Of a DNA stretch of 64,000 nucleotides, positions 1 to 10,322 are shown in pieces (positions within the stretch are counted from its first letter, which is position 1; each line of letters opens with the position of its first letter). The stretch lies in the IMG/VR virus record IMGVR_UViG_3300031973_001557, positions 8,416-72,415 of that record. One strand, written 5' to 3'. Source of the DNA: a virus. The notes below the pieces were generated by a model that worked only from the letters and a program-made list of their open reading frames with translations, did not search any database and was not told the DNA's origin. Made by a program: the position numbers and the translations under genes.

Positions 1-492
1 ACAGTTAGTTACGTACCTCAATATTATGAGAGAGAAACAATAAAATATATTCATGATACAATCACCCAGATTGAATATAAAATTGAGCCAACTGATACGT
101 CTGCCATTCTAGAAGATTACTTTGCTAAGTATTATTATGTGGATACTGTAATTCATACCGATAGTATTACTTTCATTGTATACGATACTATTACTCAAAA
201 TCAAATAGCAGGTAGATCTTCTAAGTATAATATTTTATATCCTACTATTACAAATACAATTACTGAAAAGCATTATATTAATGCAAGAGAGCTATATTTA
301 GGATTTAATACAGGCTTTATAGTTAAACCCTTTAATTTAGCTAACGCTAATTTAGGAGTATTATTACGAACTAAAAGAAGATATATTATAGGATTAAATG
401 GAGGAGTTCAATTTAGTCATGATAATGGTAATTTTATAAATACTACACCTTATTTAGGAGTTAGTTATTATCAAAAACTTACAAAAAAATAG
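1..492 (+). CDS. hypothetical protein, 5'-truncated (frame is open from base 1)
   Basis: Frame 1 has no stop from position 1 to TAG at 490-492 (TVSYVPQYYERETIKYIHDTITQ...DTSAILEDYFAKYYYVDT...). The supplied 139 start is probably internal. Confidence 0.6.
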   Translation, partial: TVSYVPQYYERETIKYIHDTITQIEYKIEPTDTSAILEDYFAKYYYVDTVIHTDSITFIVYDTITQNQIAGRSSKYNILYPTITNTITEKHYINARELYLGFNTGFIVKPFNLANANLGVLLRTKRRYIIGLNGGVQFSHDNGNFINTTPYLGVSYYQKLTKK

Positions 493-2060
493 TGTCGGAT
501 ATTAAACAAATAATTAAGCAAGAATATATAAAGTGCGCAACTGATCCTGTACACTTTATGAAGAAGTATTGCTTTATCCAACACCCTCAAAGAGGTAAAA
601 TTAATTTTCATTTATATCCTTTTCAAGAAAGAGTAATGACATTATGGAAAGATAATCCATATTCTATTATTCTTAAATCAAGACAGTTAGGTATTTCAAC
701 ATTAGGTGCAGGATATGCATTATGGTTAATGTCTTTCTTTGAAAATAAAAATGTATTAGCATTAGCAACAACCCAGGCAACAGCACGTAACTTAGTTACT
801 AAAGTGCAATTTATGTATAATAATTTACCTTCATGGTTAAAAGTTGATAATGTAGAAAATAATAAATTATCTTTAAGATTAAAGAATGGTTCAAGAATTC
901 AAGCTAAATCTTCTTCTCCAGATGCAGCTCGTTCAGAAGCAGTATCTCTATTGATTGTTGATGAGGCTGCATTTATTGATAATATTGGTGAGACCTGGGC
1001 AGCAGCTCAACAAACACTAGCAACAGGTGGTGGTGCATTAGTTTTATCTACTCCATATGGTGTAGGAAATTGGTTTCATAAAATGTGGGTTAGTGCACAA
1101 GAAGGTACTAATAATTTTTTACCTATAAAATTACCCTGGGATGTACATCCAGAAAGAGATCAAGAATGGAGAGATAGACAAGATTTATTATTAGGAGATC
1201 CTAAAAAAGCTGCTCAAGAATGCGATTGTGATTTTAATACTTCCGGTGATACAGTCTTTCCAGCTAATCAATTAACTCATATTACAGAAGAAACTACCGT
1301 AAACCCACAAGAAAAAAGAGGTATTGATAAATCATTATGGGTATGGGAGCCGGTAGATTATTCTAAAAATTATATAGTAGCTGCTGATGTAGCGAGAGGA
1401 GATGGTCAAGATTACTCAGCATTTCATATTATTGATATAGCTTCTAATACTCAGGTTGCTGAATATAAAGGTAAGTTACCAACATTGGATTTTGGTAATT
1501 TATTAGTTTCTATTGCGACTGAGTATAATAATGCTTTATTAGTAGTAGAGAACTCAACTATTGGATGGGCAGTTATTCAAGCAATCCAACAAAGAGGATA
1601 TAGAAATTTATATCATTCACCGAAGGGAGGTAGCGTAACGGTTGAATCTTTCTTTTCTGAATGGTCCGATCATAGTAAGCTTACCCCTGGGTTCTCAATG
1701 AATCTAAAAACTAGACCATTAGCTATCTCTAAATTTTTAGAATTTGTTAACGATAGAAGTGTTACTATTAAATCTAAAAGATTATTAGAGGAAATGAAAA
1801 CATTTGTATGGAGAAATGGAAAAGCTGCTTCACAAGAAGGATATAATGATGACTTAGTTATGTCATTTGCTATTGCAATGTTTATGAGAGATATATCACT
1901 AGCTTATAAGTCACAATCCACTGATATGTCAAAAACTTTATTAAACGGAATAGTTAACAGTAAAAATAACAATATTTATACAAATAATAGTATGGTAAGA
2001 AATCCATACGAAGTAGATTTAGATAAAGACAAAGGTCACGATATAAAGTGGCTTTTATAA
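492..2060 (+). CDS. terL: terminase large subunit (T4 gp17-like)
   Basis: LYPFQ adenine-binding motif, Walker A KSRQLGIST, Walker B LLIVDEAAF, LSTPYG coupling motif, nuclease acidic motifs AADVARGDGQDYS and NDDLVMS; lies directly before portal. Confidence 0.95.
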   Translation: MSDIKQIIKQEYIKCATDPVHFMKKYCFIQHPQRGKINFHLYPFQERVMTLWKDNPYSIILKSRQLGISTLGAGYALWLMSFFENKNVLALATTQATARNLVTKVQFMYNNLPSWLKVDNVENNKLSLRLKNGSRIQAKSSSPDAARSEAVSLLIVDEAAFIDNIGETWAAAQQTLATGGGALVLSTPYGVGNWFHKMWVSAQEGTNNFLPIKLPWDVHPERDQEWRDRQDLLLGDPKKAAQECDCDFNTSGDTVFPANQLTHITEETTVNPQEKRGIDKSLWVWEPVDYSKNYIVAADVARGDGQDYSAFHIIDIASNTQVAEYKGKLPTLDFGNLLVSIATEYNNALLVVENSTIGWAVIQAIQQRGYRNLYHSPKGGSVTVESFFSEWSDHSKLTPGFSMNLKTRPLAISKFLEFVNDRSVTIKSKRLLEEMKTFVWRNGKAASQEGYNDDLVMSFAIAMFMRDISLAYKSQSTDMSKTLLNGIVNSKNNNIYTNNSMVRNPYEVDLDKDKGHDIKWLL

Positions 2061-2069
2061 ATTTAAAAT

Positions 2070-4028
2070 ATGGCTGATATTAATAATCCAATGCCACCAT
2101 ACGAAGATGGTAAGAATGAAGGTCAAATGGGACCTCAAACAGGTATTTTTGCAACTCTTAGAAGACTATTTTCTACTGATGTAGTAATTAGAAATGCAGG
2201 TGGTAAAGAATTAACTGTAGTTGATAGTGATCATATCCAATCATATGGTAAATATGATACTAATGCATTAGTTGATAGATTTAATAGAATTTATACATCT
2301 GGTCCTACTTCATTATATGGATATCAAAGTAATTTTAATTATCAATTATTAAGACCACAATTATACTCTGAATATGATGTAATGGATACTGATGCTATTA
2401 TAGCTTCAGCCCTTGATATAGTAGCTGATGAATCAACTTTAAAAAATGATATGGGGGAGGTATTGCAAATACAATCTTCCGATGATGATATTCAACAAAT
2501 ATTATATAACTTATTTTATGATATATTAAATATTGAATTTAATATGTGGCCATGGGTAAGAAATATGTGTAAATATGGAGACTTTTTTCTTAAATTAGAA
2601 ATATCTGAAAAATATGGTGTATATAATGTTATACCATATTCAGCATTTCATATTGAAAGGCAAGAAGGATGGAATAGAGATAATCCATCAGAGGTAAGAT
2701 TTAAGTATTTTCCACAAGGCATATCTCAAGGTCAAACAGGATACTATAATGTAATGGGAGCAGGATCAGAGGATAATAAAAACCAAATTATTCTCGATAA
2801 CTATGAAGTAGCTCACTTTAGACTATTAACTGATACAAATTACTTACCATATGGTAGAAGTTATTTAGAACCTGGTCGCAAATTATTCAAGCAATATACT
2901 TTAATGGAGGATGCAATGTTAATCCACCGTATAGTAAGAGCTCCTGAAAAAAGAATTTTTTATATTAATATTGGTAATATTGCTCCTAACGAAGTTGATA
3001 ATTTCATGCAAAAAGTAGTTTCAAAAATAAAAAGAACTCCTTATATGGATGAACAAACTGGAGAATATAATCTAAAATACAATTTACAAAATCAATTAGA
3101 AGATTTCTATATACCAGTGCGTGGTAATGATGCTGCTACAAAAATTGAAACAACTAAAGGTTTAGAATATGACGGTATTCAAGATGTAGCTTATTTAAGA
3201 GAAAAATTATTTGCTGCATTAAAAGTTCCTAAAGCATTTATGGGTTATGATGAAAACTTAGATGGTAAAGCAACTTTAGCAGCACAAGATATTAGATTTG
3301 CAAGAACAGTTGAAAGGATTCAAAGAATTATAGTGTCTGAACTATACAAAATAGCATTTGTTCATTTATATACATTAGGATATAGAGATGATAATTTAAC
3401 TAATTTTAAATTATCTGCAACTACTCCATCAATTATTTATGATCAGGAAAGAGTTGCACTACTAAAAGAAAAAGTAGACTTAGCAAATCAAATAAAAGAT
3501 AATAATCTATTACCAACTGATTGGATTTATGAAAATATATTCCATTTTGGAGAAGAAGAGTATCAAGAATATAGAGATTTACAAATCGAAGATGCAAAGC
3601 GTAAGTTTAGATTATCTCAAGTAGAAGCAGAAGGTAATGATCCTGTTAAAACTGGTAAATCGTATGGTACTCCTCATGATTTAGCATCATTATATGGTCC
3701 AGGAAGATATGGGCAAAAACAAGAAGTACCAAAAGGTTATGATGAAGAAAACCCAGAGGGTAGACCAAAAGAAAGAGCATCTACTATAGGTACTCAAAAT
3801 AATAACTTTGGTAGAGATCCGTTAGGAAGTGGAGGCGTTAAGAATGATGTAAATGATAATGGACGTATAAATCCTAATGCAAAGAAATTCAAATTTAGTC
3901 AAGCAGAAGCTAAAGTAAATAATTTATCTAACAATGGTTTATTTAATCGTTTAGATTCTAAAAAACGCGTAATCTTAAAAGAAGAAGATGGGTTATTAGA
4001 TGAAAATAATATTTTAAATAACGATTAA
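2070..4028 (+). CDS. portal protein (T4 gp20-like)
   Basis: YGRSYLE...LMEDAMLIHRIVRAPEKRIFYINIGN, EDFYIPVRG and YLREKLFAALKVP are gp20-family motifs. Confidence 0.93.
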   Translation: MADINNPMPPYEDGKNEGQMGPQTGIFATLRRLFSTDVVIRNAGGKELTVVDSDHIQSYGKYDTNALVDRFNRIYTSGPTSLYGYQSNFNYQLLRPQLYSEYDVMDTDAIIASALDIVADESTLKNDMGEVLQIQSSDDDIQQILYNLFYDILNIEFNMWPWVRNMCKYGDFFLKLEISEKYGVYNVIPYSAFHIERQEGWNRDNPSEVRFKYFPQGISQGQTGYYNVMGAGSEDNKNQIILDNYEVAHFRLLTDTNYLPYGRSYLEPGRKLFKQYTLMEDAMLIHRIVRAPEKRIFYINIGNIAPNEVDNFMQKVVSKIKRTPYMDEQTGEYNLKYNLQNQLEDFYIPVRGNDAATKIETTKGLEYDGIQDVAYLREKLFAALKVPKAFMGYDENLDGKATLAAQDIRFARTVERIQRIIVSELYKIAFVHLYTLGYRDDNLTNFKLSATTPSIIYDQERVALLKEKVDLANQIKDNNLLPTDWIYENIFHFGEEEYQEYRDLQIEDAKRKFRLSQVEAEGNDPVKTGKSYGTPHDLASLYGPGRYGQKQEVPKGYDEENPEGRPKERASTIGTQNNNFGRDPLGSGGVKNDVNDNGRINPNAKKFKFSQAEAKVNNLSNNGLFNRLDSKKRVILKEEDGLLDENNILNND

Positions 4029-4029
4029 A

Positions 4030-4040
4030 TATTTATAATA
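4030..4040 (+). promoter_or_regulatory. putative late promoter TATTTATAATA (representative copy)
   Basis: TATTTAT recurs shortly upstream of structural genes at 1973, 4030, 6528, 9604, 14845, 19419, 21726, 22094, 23854, 25430, 27924, 56473, 61418 and 62183 (variant TACTTATA at 10299). Confidence 0.7.
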
Positions 4041-4053
4041 ATAAATAAATATA

Positions 4054-4896
4054 ATGGCTAAACATTCGAAGTATAAAAATACAGGTATAATTTTTGAATT
4101 ACTTGTAAGGCAGCTTACCGAAGATACCATAAATCAGAGATCAAGCAAATGTCAATCTCTTATTAAAAAATATTTTAATAAATCTACTTTACTTTCTGAG
4201 TATAAACTATATAAAAGAATAGTAGAAAAAAAAGAAGATACAGAGGCTAGAGCTAATTTAATAATTGAATCAACTATTAAATACTCTGAAAAAATTAATT
4301 TAGAAGAGAATCGAAAATTAAAATATAATTTAATTAAAGAAATCTCTAATCATTATGATGTAAAAGAATTTTTTAATCATAATATTCCAAACTATAAACC
4401 GTATGCAGCTTTATATTGTTTAATGGAAGATAATAGATTAGATAATAGTGATTATGAAACTACTTTAAAGAATAAAATTACTTTAGTAGAACATATTACT
4501 CAAAAAACAGAAACTAAAAGAGTAAATAATCAATTATCTGATTTTTTAGCAGAAGATAAAGATACAAGAAAATTAGTTTATCAAGTACTTTTACAGGAAT
4601 TTAATTCTAAATATGATGGTTTACTTGATACACAAAAACAAGCTTTAAGAGAAATTCTTAATAATATTGATAATAAAGAAAGATTAAAATCATTTTATAA
4701 TTTAAAAATAAATGAAATTAAATCGGATCTTAAACAAGCTATTCCTAATATAACTGATAAAGTAATTAAAATTAAAGTTAATACTTTAGCTGATCTTTTA
4801 AAAGAGGCAAGAGTTTATAAGGAAGTTAATGACGAGTCAATAGCTAGACTTCTAAAATATTATGAATTACTTAAAGATATAGAGCATGGAGTCTAA
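4054..4896 (+). CDS. conserved head-module hypothetical protein
   Basis: 280-aa ORF (KHSKYKNTGIIFELLVRQ N-terminus) between portal and protease, preceded by the TATTTATA motif. Confidence 0.6.
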   Translation: MAKHSKYKNTGIIFELLVRQLTEDTINQRSSKCQSLIKKYFNKSTLLSEYKLYKRIVEKKEDTEARANLIIESTIKYSEKINLEENRKLKYNLIKEISNHYDVKEFFNHNIPNYKPYAALYCLMEDNRLDNSDYETTLKNKITLVEHITQKTETKRVNNQLSDFLAEDKDTRKLVYQVLLQEFNSKYDGLLDTQKQALREILNNIDNKERLKSFYNLKINEIKSDLKQAIPNITDKVIKIKVNTLADLLKEARVYKEVNDESIARLLKYYELLKDIEHGV

Positions 4897-5134
4897 ATTA
4901 AGAGAAAGAATTAGAGGCTTGATTAGATTAGATGAAGTATCTGCAACTGCTACAGGAGCCGGATCTTCCGCCTTTACAGCTAATGCTGGAACTGGTGCAC
5001 AATATGCAACTCCACGAGCTTTTAGAAAAGATAAAGACGCTAAAGGAGCTGAACATATTTATTATTATAAATTAGGTTTTAAACCGGTGCCAAAAATTAA
5101 ACCAAGGTCTTACGACATAAAAAAAATATATTAA
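4886..5134 (+). CDS. small head protein sharing a peptide with the major capsid N-arm
   Basis: 82 aa; SAFTANAGTGAQYA compared with MCP SAFTSNAGTGANWA; overlaps its neighbours. Confidence 0.6.
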   Translation: MESKLRERIRGLIRLDEVSATATGAGSSAFTANAGTGAQYATPRAFRKDKDAKGAEHIYYYKLGFKPVPKIKPRSYDIKKIY

Positions 5135-5922
5135 TGAGCTCATTACAGAATCAATATAATAGTATAAAAAAAGGAAAAGGAAATAAAGATGGACTATTAA
5201 GAGAATCCAAAAGATTATTTCCAAATTATATTCCTAACTCTGCTAATTATAATCAAGCTATAGATATTTTAAAATCTAGACAAATTATAAATGAAAACGT
5301 TGTAGGACTTCAACCTATTAATCAACTTCAACCTGCTAAAAAAGAAAACTTCGAAAAAGCATTCGAAAAATTTTTAGCAGAAGAAACAGTAGATGCAAAA
5401 GCAACTGAAAGAAAACAATCTAAATTAGTGGATGAGCCTTTATCACATCAGTATCCATATCAAGAAAAAGATAGATTAGATAATCAAATATTTGATCAAA
5501 TTATGTCTGGATATTATACTGAGATGAAAGATCCTAAAAATACTGATAAAACTGAAGAAGAATTAAAAGCAATTGTTCTTAAGAATCTTGAAAAAGATCC
5601 ATTATATTATACTAAAGAAGCACAATTTGGTATTAAAGGTCTCGGATATAGAGATGACGTACCTGGTGCAGGTTTAGTAAAAGAACCAACTGGAAAGTAT
5701 AAAGCTTCTGGATATGGTGATCTAAAAGAGAGTAAACAAGTAACTGAAGCTTCTTCAATGCCAAGCGAAGAATTATTATCTTTATTAGATGATATGTTAG
5801 AAGATTTAGTTGATAATTCTGTTGACGCAGAACAAGCAGTAAAAAAAGTAATCAGTATGAATCCTGCACTTAAGCATTATGAAACTGCACTTTTACAATT
5901 AGCTGAACCAAAATTCCCATGA
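5134..5922 (+). CDS. putative prohead core/internal head protein
   Basis: Charged 262-aa ORF in the head cluster with several [ILV]-x-E sites (IINE, FLAE, DLKE, QVTE). Confidence 0.5.
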   Translation: MSSLQNQYNSIKKGKGNKDGLLRESKRLFPNYIPNSANYNQAIDILKSRQIINENVVGLQPINQLQPAKKENFEKAFEKFLAEETVDAKATERKQSKLVDEPLSHQYPYQEKDRLDNQIFDQIMSGYYTEMKDPKNTDKTEEELKAIVLKNLEKDPLYYTKEAQFGIKGLGYRDDVPGAGLVKEPTGKYKASGYGDLKESKQVTEASSMPSEELLSLLDDMLEDLVDNSVDAEQAVKKVISMNPALKHYETALLQLAEPKFP

Positions 5923-6509
5923 AGCAAGTTTTAGTAGAAACGATTAATTTTTCACCTGTTAGAGCACTAACAGAGTCAAAATCTCATAGAGGTAATCCTA
6001 TAGTAGAAGGAATACTTGCTACAGTAGAGACTGTAAACGAGAACGGTCGTTTTTATAAAAAGTCTATTTGGGATAGAGAAGTAGATAAATATAAAGTACT
6101 AATAGCGGAAAAAAGAGCATTAGGAGAATTAGATCATCCTGATTCTATGAATATAAATTTAAAAAATGTTTGTCATAATATTGTAGATTTATATTGGGAT
6201 GGTAAAAATATAATGGGTAAATTAGAAATCTTACCAACACCATCAGGTCAAATAGTAAAAAATCTAATTGATAATGGAATTACTTTAGGAGTATCTTCTA
6301 GAGGAACAGGTACATTACAACAAAGAGATGGTGTAAATGAAGTACAAGATGACTTTGAGCTATTATGTTGGGACTTTGTATCTACACCATCTAATCCAGG
6401 ATCATTTGTACATCCTATAAGAGAATCAAAAGAATTTAAATCTACTCCTATTACAATACATAATACTATTTCTGAACTATTATGTATGCACGGTCAGTGC
6501 GAAATATAA
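5919..6509 (+). CDS. prohead protease (T4 gp21-like)
   Basis: NENGRFY, ALGELDHP (catalytic His), LGVSSRGTG (catalytic Ser), WDFVSTPS. Confidence 0.93.
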   Translation: MKQVLVETINFSPVRALTESKSHRGNPIVEGILATVETVNENGRFYKKSIWDREVDKYKVLIAEKRALGELDHPDSMNINLKNVCHNIVDLYWDGKNIMGKLEILPTPSGQIVKNLIDNGITLGVSSRGTGTLQQRDGVNEVQDDFELLCWDFVSTPSNPGSFVHPIRESKEFKSTPITIHNTISELLCMHGQCEI

Positions 6510-6621
6510 TTTTTATATTTTTAACTATATTTATATTATATCACCATCCTAATATGGTGTAACTAATATTATATTAATACTATTATATCTCTACTAGATA
6601 TAGAATTTCAAAACATTTATT

Positions 6622-7752
6622 ATGGCAACATCTGATATGTTAAGACAAGCTATTGCTGATGCTAAAATTATTAAAGAGACAGCAATTGCTAATGCTAAAA
6701 ACGCATTAGAAGAGGCATTTACGCCTAAGTTAAAAGAACTTCTTTCTGAGAAAATTGAAGAAATGGATATGGAAGAAGAAATGGATGAGGGTATGTATTC
6801 TGAAGAAGAAAAGATGCACGAAAAAGATATGCACGAAGGTGACATGGATGAAGAAATGCATAAAGAAGAAATGCATAAAGAAGAAATGCATAAAGAAGAA
6901 ACATCTGAACCTCATGGTAATATTGGTCAACATACCCCAGAAGGAGAACCTCTTGGTTTTCTAGAAGGAGATATGGAAGAAGAAATGACTGAAGAAGATC
7001 TCGAAGAAATGCTTAAAGAGATGGAGAAAGAAATGCATGAAGGTGATATGGAAGAAGGTGAAAAGATGCATGAAAAAGATGACATGCATGAAGAGAAAGA
7101 TATGCACGAAGGTGACATGGATGAAGAAAAACATCACGAAGAAAAACATCACGAAGAAAAAATGCATGAAGAAATGGATGAAGAAAAACATCACGAAGAA
7201 AAAATGCATGAAGAAGTATCTGATGAAGATTTAATGGATCTTATTAAAGATGTAGTTAAATCTATGGCAGATGCAGGCGAGCTAGAAGGTGTAGAAGTTG
7301 AATTTGATGAAACTGAAGAAGAAGGTGAAGAAGAAGAAATGGAAGCACCAGAAACTGAAGAAGAAGAAACGGAAGAGCTTGCTGAAATGAGAAAAGAAAA
7401 CGCTGAATTAAAAGAAGCTGTAGAGTTTCTAACAACTCAGCTTAATGAAATTAACGTACTTAATGCTAAATTACTTTACGTTAACAAAATTTTCAAAGCT
7501 AAAAACTTGTCAGAAAGTAAAAAAGTTAAGCTATTATCTCAATTCGATGGAGCTAGTTCCATCAAAGAGGTGAAATTAGTTTATAATACTGTAGTGGCAA
7601 ATCTAGCAGAGGAAACTAAAGTTACTAAAAAGACGTCTTTGAAAGAAGGTGTAGGTAGAGCGTCAAAACCTAGCGGAGTTTCAAGTAGAAAGCCAATTGT
7701 AAATGTTGATCCAACAATTGCAAGGTTTCAAAAACTCGCAGGTATTAGATAA
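6622..7752 (+). CDS. prohead scaffolding protein (gp22 analogue)
   Basis: Highly acidic, coiled-coil, low-complexity E/M/H/K repeats; sits between protease and MCP; C-terminal RFQKLAGI. Confidence 0.8.
   Translation: MATSDMLRQAIADAKIIKETAIANAKNALEEAFTPKLKELLSEKIEEMDMEEEMDEGMYSEEEKMHEKDMHEGDMDEEMHKEEMHKEEMHKEETSEPHGNIGQHTPEGEPLGFLEGDMEEEMTEEDLEEMLKEMEKEMHEGDMEEGEKMHEKDDMHEEKDMHEGDMDEEKHHEEKHHEEKMHEEMDEEKHHEEKMHEEVSDEDLMDLIKDVVKSMADAGELEGVEVEFDETEEEGEEEEMEAPETEEEETEELAEMRKENAELKEAVEFLTTQLNEINVLNAKLLYVNKIFKAKNLSESKKVKLLSQFDGASSIKEVKLVYNTVVANLAEETKVTKKTSLKEGVGRASKPSGVSSRKPIVNVDPTIARFQKLAGIR
6760..7215 (+). repeat. degenerate coding tandem repeats (EEMHK / EEKHH / MHEGDMDEE)
   Basis: GAAGAAATGCATAAA x3 at about 6850-6900; AAAGATATGCACGAAGGTGACATGGATGAAGAAA at 6823 and 7096; GAAGAAAAACATCAC repeats at 7123-7195. 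Confidence 0.85.
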
Positions 7753-7769
7753 TTTTTTAACAAATAACA

Positions 7770-9482
7770 ATGGCAAATTTAATTAACAACTTGTTAGAAA
7801 GCTCTGCTTCAGGATGGAAATCCATGCAGGGTGATGCGGCGCGCTTAGCCGGCAAGTGGGCTAAAACTGGTCTACTTGAAGGAATTGAAGGCGAAGTAGA
7901 GCGCAATAATATGGCTATGATTCTTGAGAATCAGGCTAAACAACTCGTAGTTGAGCAATCATCTACACAAGGAGGTTCAGCATTTACATCTAATGCAGGA
8001 ACTGGTGCTAACTGGGCAGGAATTGCTCTTCCGTTAGTAAGAAAGGTATTCGGACAAATTTCTTCTAAAGAGTTTGTTTCCGTACAACCTATGAACTTAC
8101 CTTCAGGTCTTGTATTCTTTCTAGACTTCCAATATGGTGGTACAGGAGATGCAACAAATAAAACATTTACAGCTGGAGGTAATGTATTCGAATCAGGATC
8201 TATGTATGGTCTTACTGATTCAGGAGGAGGTGATCCATCGGAAGGTCTTTATGGAGCAGGTAGATTTGGTTATTCATTAAACCAGTTCTCTTCTTCAAAC
8301 TTGACTTTCCATTCTGGATCTACTTCAACTTATGCTGTTAATACAGCATCTCTTGCTGTTTGGGCTGACGTTCAGTATAATTCTGATCTTTCAGCTTCAG
8401 TTGCAGCAGGTGAACTTACTAAGATTGTTGTAGATGCATCTGATTTAACTACTCCAGATCTTAGAGCAGTAAGATCATTTGTACTTACATCTGGTTCAAG
8501 CTTAACAAATATTGCTAATTCATTACCAAAGTATACTACTACTAGAGATAATGATACTAAAGTAGTATTTGTATTTGATAATCAGATCCGTACGATTATG
8601 AAAGATACTCGTACTGATTATAACTGTTTCTTCTATAAGCAGCCTGAAGATAATTCAAGAGGTGATTTTGAAGATAATTCAGGTGCAGGTCGTCCTAATG
8701 CAAGAACACAAGCTACTGATGCATTAAATATTCCTCAAGTAGATGTGAAGCTTAAGTCTGAAGGTATTATTGCTAAGACTCGTAAGCTTAAAGCACAATG
8801 GACTCCTGAATTCGCTCAAGATTTGAATGCTTATCAAGCACTTGATGCAGAAGCTGAATTGACATCTATTATGTCTGAGTATATTGCACTTGAGATTGAT
8901 CTTGAGATTCTTGATATGCTTATTGTAGATGCAACTGCTGCTGACGAGTATTGGTATGCTACTAATAACCGAGCTCTAAATTCAACTAAAACTGGATACG
9001 ATGATGCTGGATTTTATAATACTCAAGGTCAATGGTTCCAAACTTTAGGAACTAAGATGCAAAAAGTATCTAATAAAATCCATCAGAAAACGTTAAGAGG
9101 AGGAGCTAATTTTGTAGTAACTTCACCAACTGTAGCAACAATTCTTGAGTCTATCCCAGGATTTGCTTCTGCAGGTAATGGAGATGCTGCTGCAGCTACT
9201 TATGCTTTCGGTATTCAAAAAGTGGGACAACTTAATAACAGATATACTGTTTATAAGAACCCATATATGAATGAAGGATTAATCTTAATGGGATATAGAG
9301 GATCTCAATTCCTTGAAACTGGTGCTACTTTTGCTCCATATATTCCATTGATCATGACTCCTTTAGTATACGATCCAGAAACCTTCACACCACGTAAAGG
9401 TCTATTGACTCGATATGCTAAGAAAATGATTCGTCCAGAATTTTATGGTCGTATCTTTGTCAACGACTTGAACGTACTTTAA
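7770..9482 (+). CDS. major capsid protein (T4 gp23-like)
   Basis: LPLVRKVF, VSVQPMNLPSGLVF, AKTRKLKAQWTPEFAQDLNAYQALDAEAEL, APYIPL, FTPRKGLLTRYA. Confidence 0.96.
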   Translation: MANLINNLLESSASGWKSMQGDAARLAGKWAKTGLLEGIEGEVERNNMAMILENQAKQLVVEQSSTQGGSAFTSNAGTGANWAGIALPLVRKVFGQISSKEFVSVQPMNLPSGLVFFLDFQYGGTGDATNKTFTAGGNVFESGSMYGLTDSGGGDPSEGLYGAGRFGYSLNQFSSSNLTFHSGSTSTYAVNTASLAVWADVQYNSDLSASVAAGELTKIVVDASDLTTPDLRAVRSFVLTSGSSLTNIANSLPKYTTTRDNDTKVVFVFDNQIRTIMKDTRTDYNCFFYKQPEDNSRGDFEDNSGAGRPNARTQATDALNIPQVDVKLKSEGIIAKTRKLKAQWTPEFAQDLNAYQALDAEAELTSIMSEYIALEIDLEILDMLIVDATAADEYWYATNNRALNSTKTGYDDAGFYNTQGQWFQTLGTKMQKVSNKIHQKTLRGGANFVVTSPTVATILESIPGFASAGNGDAAAATYAFGIQKVGQLNNRYTVYKNPYMNEGLILMGYRGSQFLETGATFAPYIPLIMTPLVYDPETFTPRKGLLTRYAKKMIRPEFYGRIFVNDLNVL

Positions 9483-9506
9483 TATAATCGTTTAAGTTAG
9501 GAAATT

Positions 9507-9535
9507 AGGGGGGACTTCGGTCCCCTCTTTTTTTT
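9507..9535 (+). terminator. rho-independent terminator after MCP
   Basis: AGGGGGGAC-TTCG-GTCCCCTCT hairpin with a C(UUCG)G loop, followed by a T run. Confidence 0.9.
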
Positions 9536-9630
9536 GTATATAGGTTATACCTCTTATGAGAATTTTTAATATTTTTTTATGTTCATATCTTTTGCTATTA
9601 ATCTATTTATTAATAACTTAACTGTTTTAA

Positions 9631-10296
9631 ATGAATACAAATAATAATAGTTCTCAAAAAAGGAAACCAAAGAATCCAATTAAATTTAAACTACAACTTA
9701 CTGAAGAACAAAAACTAGGAAAAGCTACTATCTTAGATAATAAGATTACAGTTGTTACAGGTAAAGCGGGATCTTCTAAAACTTTTTTATGTTGTAATGT
9801 AGCTTTAGATTTATTATTTACAAAGCAGATCGAAAAAATTGTTATTATGCGACCTATGGTTGGTACTGAAGATATAGGACATTTACCTGGAGATATTAAT
9901 GATAAAATGCAACCCTGGATGACTCCTATTATAGAAAATATGTATGATTTATATGATAAAACGAAAATAGAAAAAGAAATAGTAGAGGGTCGTATTCGAA
10001 TTTTACCTTTACAATTTACACAAGGAGTAACATTTAGAAACTCTGCAGTAATAGTTGATGAAGCACAAAATTGTACAAAAGAACAATTAAAAATGATTCT
10101 TACTAGAACTGGTATAGATTCTAAAATAATGATTGCAGGAGATCCTCAACAAATACAAATAAGAAGAAAATCAGATTCAGGATTATCAAAATTAATAGAT
10201 GTAGCAGAAAGAATTGATAAATTAGCTTTAATTCATTTAACTTCTAATTATAGAGATCCTATAGTAGAGCAAATTATAGATGAATACGATAATTAA
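9631..10296 (+). CDS. phoH: PhoH-like ATPase
   Basis: TGKAGSSKT P-loop, IGHLPGDINDKMQPW, QGVTF, VIVDEAQN, AGDPQQ, YRDPIV. Confidence 0.9.
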   Translation: MNTNNNSSQKRKPKNPIKFKLQLTEEQKLGKATILDNKITVVTGKAGSSKTFLCCNVALDLLFTKQIEKIVIMRPMVGTEDIGHLPGDINDKMQPWMTPIIENMYDLYDKTKIEKEIVEGRIRILPLQFTQGVTFRNSAVIVDEAQNCTKEQLKMILTRTGIDSKIMIAGDPQQIQIRRKSDSGLSKLIDVAERIDKLALIHLTSNYRDPIVEQIIDEYDN

Positions 10297-10322
10297 GATA
10301 CTTATAATAATAAACTATAAGT

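Noticed and set aside
6594-7234. Overlapping minus-strand and alternate-frame ORFs in the scaffold gene
   Set aside because: Shadows of the low-complexity GAA/ATG/CAT repeats, which lack stops in other frames.
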